From positions 12,524,001-12,588,000 of the forward strand of contig OX597837.1 of the NCBI GenBank assembly GCA_951406725.2: DNA of 64,000 nt. Reading direction: 5' to 3'. Made by a program: the position numbers and the translations under genes. Each line of letters starts with the position of its first letter. Position 1 is the stretch's first letter. This document shows, piece by piece, positions 60,478 to 64,000 of the stretch. The notes beneath the pieces were generated by a model, which was not told the origin of the DNA, did no database searches, and saw only the letters and a list, made by a program, of their open reading frames with translations. This stretch comes from Octopus vulgaris (taxonomy: Eukaryota).

Positions 60478-61745
60478 TATTCGATGCAACAAAAACAAAA
60501 AATGAGGTTTTTAATCCTTCATTTATTTTTCAAAATTAAGATAAATTTCTTTTTTAATCTATAGTATACTCTCCTTCATTTTATACAATGCTCTTCCATC
60601 TATCTGGTAGACATGCAAGGCCCCTCTTCCAAAATACACTTGTCCCTGATGAAAAATACTCTCCCAGTACCATTGTGACCGCACCTACAGAATTCATTTT
60701 TTATTCTGTCCGAATGATTTTGAAAACTGCTGAATAAATGATAACCAGATGAAGCAATATGGTGGATGGTGCATCGTTTCTCATTAAAAAGTCTTTCCAA
60801 TGTCATCCTCGCTGTATGTGGCCGAGTATTATCCCGATGGAAGAACACCTTTCGTCTTGAAAGCAAAGAATGCTGTTTTTCTTCTAGCGCTGACTTAAGC
60901 CGCTCAAGCTGCTCGCAGTAGATCTCCTTTGTCATCGTTTGTTTTTGGTTTAAAGTTTAAAGTGGACTAAACCTTCCATATCCCACCGAACAGGTTGCTA
61001 CAATTTACGTGGGTGAAGCCCTTCTTTAGTCTAGGGAGTCGGTTTTTCTCCTTTCCATGCCCACTATCCTCGGAGATTCACATTTTTATACAGAACCCAT
61101 TTCTTGTCACCAGTCACTATTCGGTCCAAAAATAGGTTTATTCGTGAGACGTGACAACGAAAAAGAGCACACATTTACGCTCTGCACGTGATGTTTGTGA
61201 GGAACCCATTGACCCAACTTGCTGACTTTTCGGATGGCAAACAGGTGTCGATGAAAGGTTGAATGACCAAATCCAAGCTTCTCTACTACTTCCTCAACAG
61301 TTATGATGGGATTTTGTTTCACCAGGATTTGCAGGACGTCCTCGTCAAGTTCTAACGATCTTCCAGGACGAGGTTCGTCTCCTAGATTGTAGTTTCCAAA
61401 GTTGGAGTTTCTGCAACCACCGTTGACACTGGCTTACGCTTATTGTCCGATCCCCATTTACTGCATTAATATTCCTCGCACTCTTCGTTGCGTTGTTGCC
61501 TTTATTGAACTCATAAAGCAAAATATACTGAAAATGCTTTTTTGTCACTTCAATTATAGCATTGAAAAACTGTTAAAATCAAATCGCATTCTTCGAAACT
61601 TGCACTAAAAATAAGTACCAGGTAAAATTACTACCTGATTTCATAGCAAGTTGGTGCAGGTAATTTATCCCGTCTCCCTACGACTTTAGTTCATGCAGCT
61701 GAAAAAAAAAAAAACTGCATTATTTATGGGATTGATGACCCAATA
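60478..61745 (-). mobile_element. Degenerate mariner (mirror)
   Basis: ORFs 61345-61548, 61107-61322 (WVPH) and 60600-60935 (HRDNTRPH). Confidence 0.9.
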
Positions 61746-62377
61746 CTGATTGGATCTTAACAATATCTGAAATAAACACTATTTGATATTTCTATTTCGT
61801 TTGTATGGTATGTAATGATAAACATTTGAACTCAATACTCACGCATATTTTAAAAATATATTTATATCATAATACGTACGATAATGTATCACAGTAAAGT
61901 GGCGCGCATGCGGACTCGTTAGGACACCGGATGCAATGTTGCTGATATGTTAAGTAACTTTTACGTCCATCTTTACATTCTGAGTTCCAGTTCTTCCGGT
62001 CTCAAATTTGCGGTTTATCCCTTCGTGGTAGATAAAGCGTAGTATGGCTGTATTTTACTGCGGTTAATGTATTCTGCGTCCACCGTCTAGCCTTATGTCT
62101 AATTATATCAAGATCTTCACGTTATAAATTCATTGTTTTTACTGGTATTTGTAACTTTGACCATGCCTATGAAGAAATAATAAGACAATGTAATTGAACG
62201 AGAACAAACTGGAAACGATATGATGCTCGTGAATTGGAATAGCGTCATTTACCCATTGATCAAGTTACCGTAGTTGCAAATACCGGGAACAGCAATAAGA
62301 TATTTACCGATTTTCATAAATCTAACCGAATTCGTTTTGATTGACATGAAGAAACGATCAACAAGATACAAGTGAAA

Positions 62378-62672
62378 TCTTTATATACAAAAGTGAAGTT
62401 GTGTGAGTGTCTGTCTTCTGCGATTTAGATTCCTAACTACTCCCACATTTTGCGATGCAGTTTAACCAAAAGTGGGTGTCTTATAGTCGTGATTCATGTC
62501 GAGACATTCTGGGTATTAGCGCGCGTCTACGCTGAGTCTACGATTTAAAAAAAAATTACCATCATTTTTCCCATTTTTAATGCCTTTTTTTGCTATTATA
62601 TAAGGGAAGTAACTCTCTAAAAATGCTTATATTTCCCTTACAAACCCGAGCAACGCCGGGCGATACTGCTAG
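62378..62672 (+). mobile_element. Complete non-autonomous Helitron
   Basis: A|TC...cccgagcaacgccggg hairpin...CTAG|T. Confidence 0.85.
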
Positions 62673-63240
62673 TTATATATTAAAAGCAAAGACAAATTAG
62701 TTTCGCCTGTGGGTATTAGGTCAAAAGAAATTAAAACTTTAGTACAGAATTCATCCGCTCATATCAATTGTGACAATTTCATATTTTGTGCTGTGGCGTG
62801 GAATAACCGACACCCGAGACGTTACAAGGCAAATAATTGTTTCGTATAAAGCTGTAAGTTATTTTCTTTGTTCACTAGCGAAGCTACATTCAACTATCAT
62901 GCACTAAATATTATATGTGTGTGTGTGTGTGTGTTTGTATTGTATGCACACACACACACACGCACAGACAAACACACACACACACACAGACACAAACACA
63001 GACACACATATATGTTTCAAGGTGTTAAACGACTCCCAAGCTGTGGTAAGCAGGTCAACTACAGACACACAGACAGACACACACTCAAACTCACACACAT
63101 ATACGATGGGCCTCTTTCAGTCTACTCACAAGGCTTTGGTCACGTGGCTACAGTACAAGTTGGTGGCCCAAGGTGGTAAAAGGTGTGACTGGACCCTGAA
63201 TTCCGTGGTTGAGAAGCAAATTTCTTACCACACAGCCACG

Positions 63241-63285
<45 letters not shown>

Positions 63286-63286
63286 A

Positions 63287-63334
<48 letters not shown>

Positions 63335-63339
63335 TCTAC

Positions 63340-64000
63340 TCTTTTGCTTGTTTCAGTCATTTGAGTGGGGCCATGCTGGAGCACCACCTTTAGTCGAGCA
63401 AATCGACCCCAGGACTTATTCTTTGTAAGTCCAGTACTTATTCTATCGGTCACTTTTACGGAACCGCTAAGTTACGGGGACGTAAACACACCAGCATCGG
63501 TTGTCAAGCGGTGTTGGTCGGACAAACACAGACACACGAACATACACACACATATACATGCACATATATATATATATATACATATATACGGCAGGCTTCT
63601 TTCAGTTTCCATCTACCAAATCCACTCACAAGGCTTTGGTCGGCCCGAGGCTATAGTAGAAGACACTTGCCCAAGATGCCACGCAGTGGGACTGAACCCG
63701 GAACCATGTGGTTGGTTAGCAAGCTACTTAGCAGAAGACACTTGCCCAAGGTGCCATGCAGCGGGACTGAACCCGGAACCATGTGGTTGGTTAGCAAGCT
63801 ACTTATCAGAAGCCACTTGCCCAAGGTGCCATGCAGTGGGACTGAACCGGAACCATGTGGTTGGTTAGCAAGCTACTTAGCAGAAGAAACTTGCCCAAGG
63901 TGCCATGCAGTGGGACTGAACCCGGAACCATGTGGCTGGTTAGCAAGCTACTTAGCAGAAGACACTTGCCCAAGGTGACATGCAGTGGGACTGAACCCGG
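63340..64000 (-). mobile_element. SINE with tandem 75-bp head repeats (mirror of 5162-5872)
   Basis: At least 4.5 units at 63660-64000. Confidence 0.85.

Larger units (their letters stand above)
35415..64000 (-). repeat. Right arm of giant inverted segmental duplication (continues past the window)
   Basis: See left arm; carries its own insertions, e.g. 39570-43320, 45320-45910, 57820-58470. Confidence 0.95.

Overview
AT-rich, microsatellite-laden animal genomic DNA. The SINE families and the sialin-like gene cluster suggest an octopus or other cephalopod (inference). Most of the window is one giant imperfect inverted repeat: left arm ~5.2-31.6 kb, right arm ~35.4 kb to past the window end, with a ~3.8 kb spacer. 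It carries a cluster of SLC17/sialin-like MFS transporter genes with uninterrupted coding regions. These are an intact gene (19215-20678 +), its ~99% identical mirror copy broken by one nonsense change (51571-50111 -), two internal fragments (8432-8714, 59868-60153) and a diverged paralog running off the left edge (1057-1 -). Each arm also seems to contain an older, decayed inverted copy of the same gene unit. The intergenic DNA holds Penelope-like retroelement relics, tRNA-derived SINEs, non-autonomous Helitrons, mariner and Tc1 relics and a U2 snRNA 5' fragment. It also holds about 20 type I hammerhead ribozyme-like motifs from about 10 sequence families, often as back-to-back inverted pairs, and one lies downstream of a tRNA-like Pol III head. 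Nearly all other ORF-track entries are microsatellite artefacts. All alignments and folds were done by eye, so boundaries and identities are approximate.
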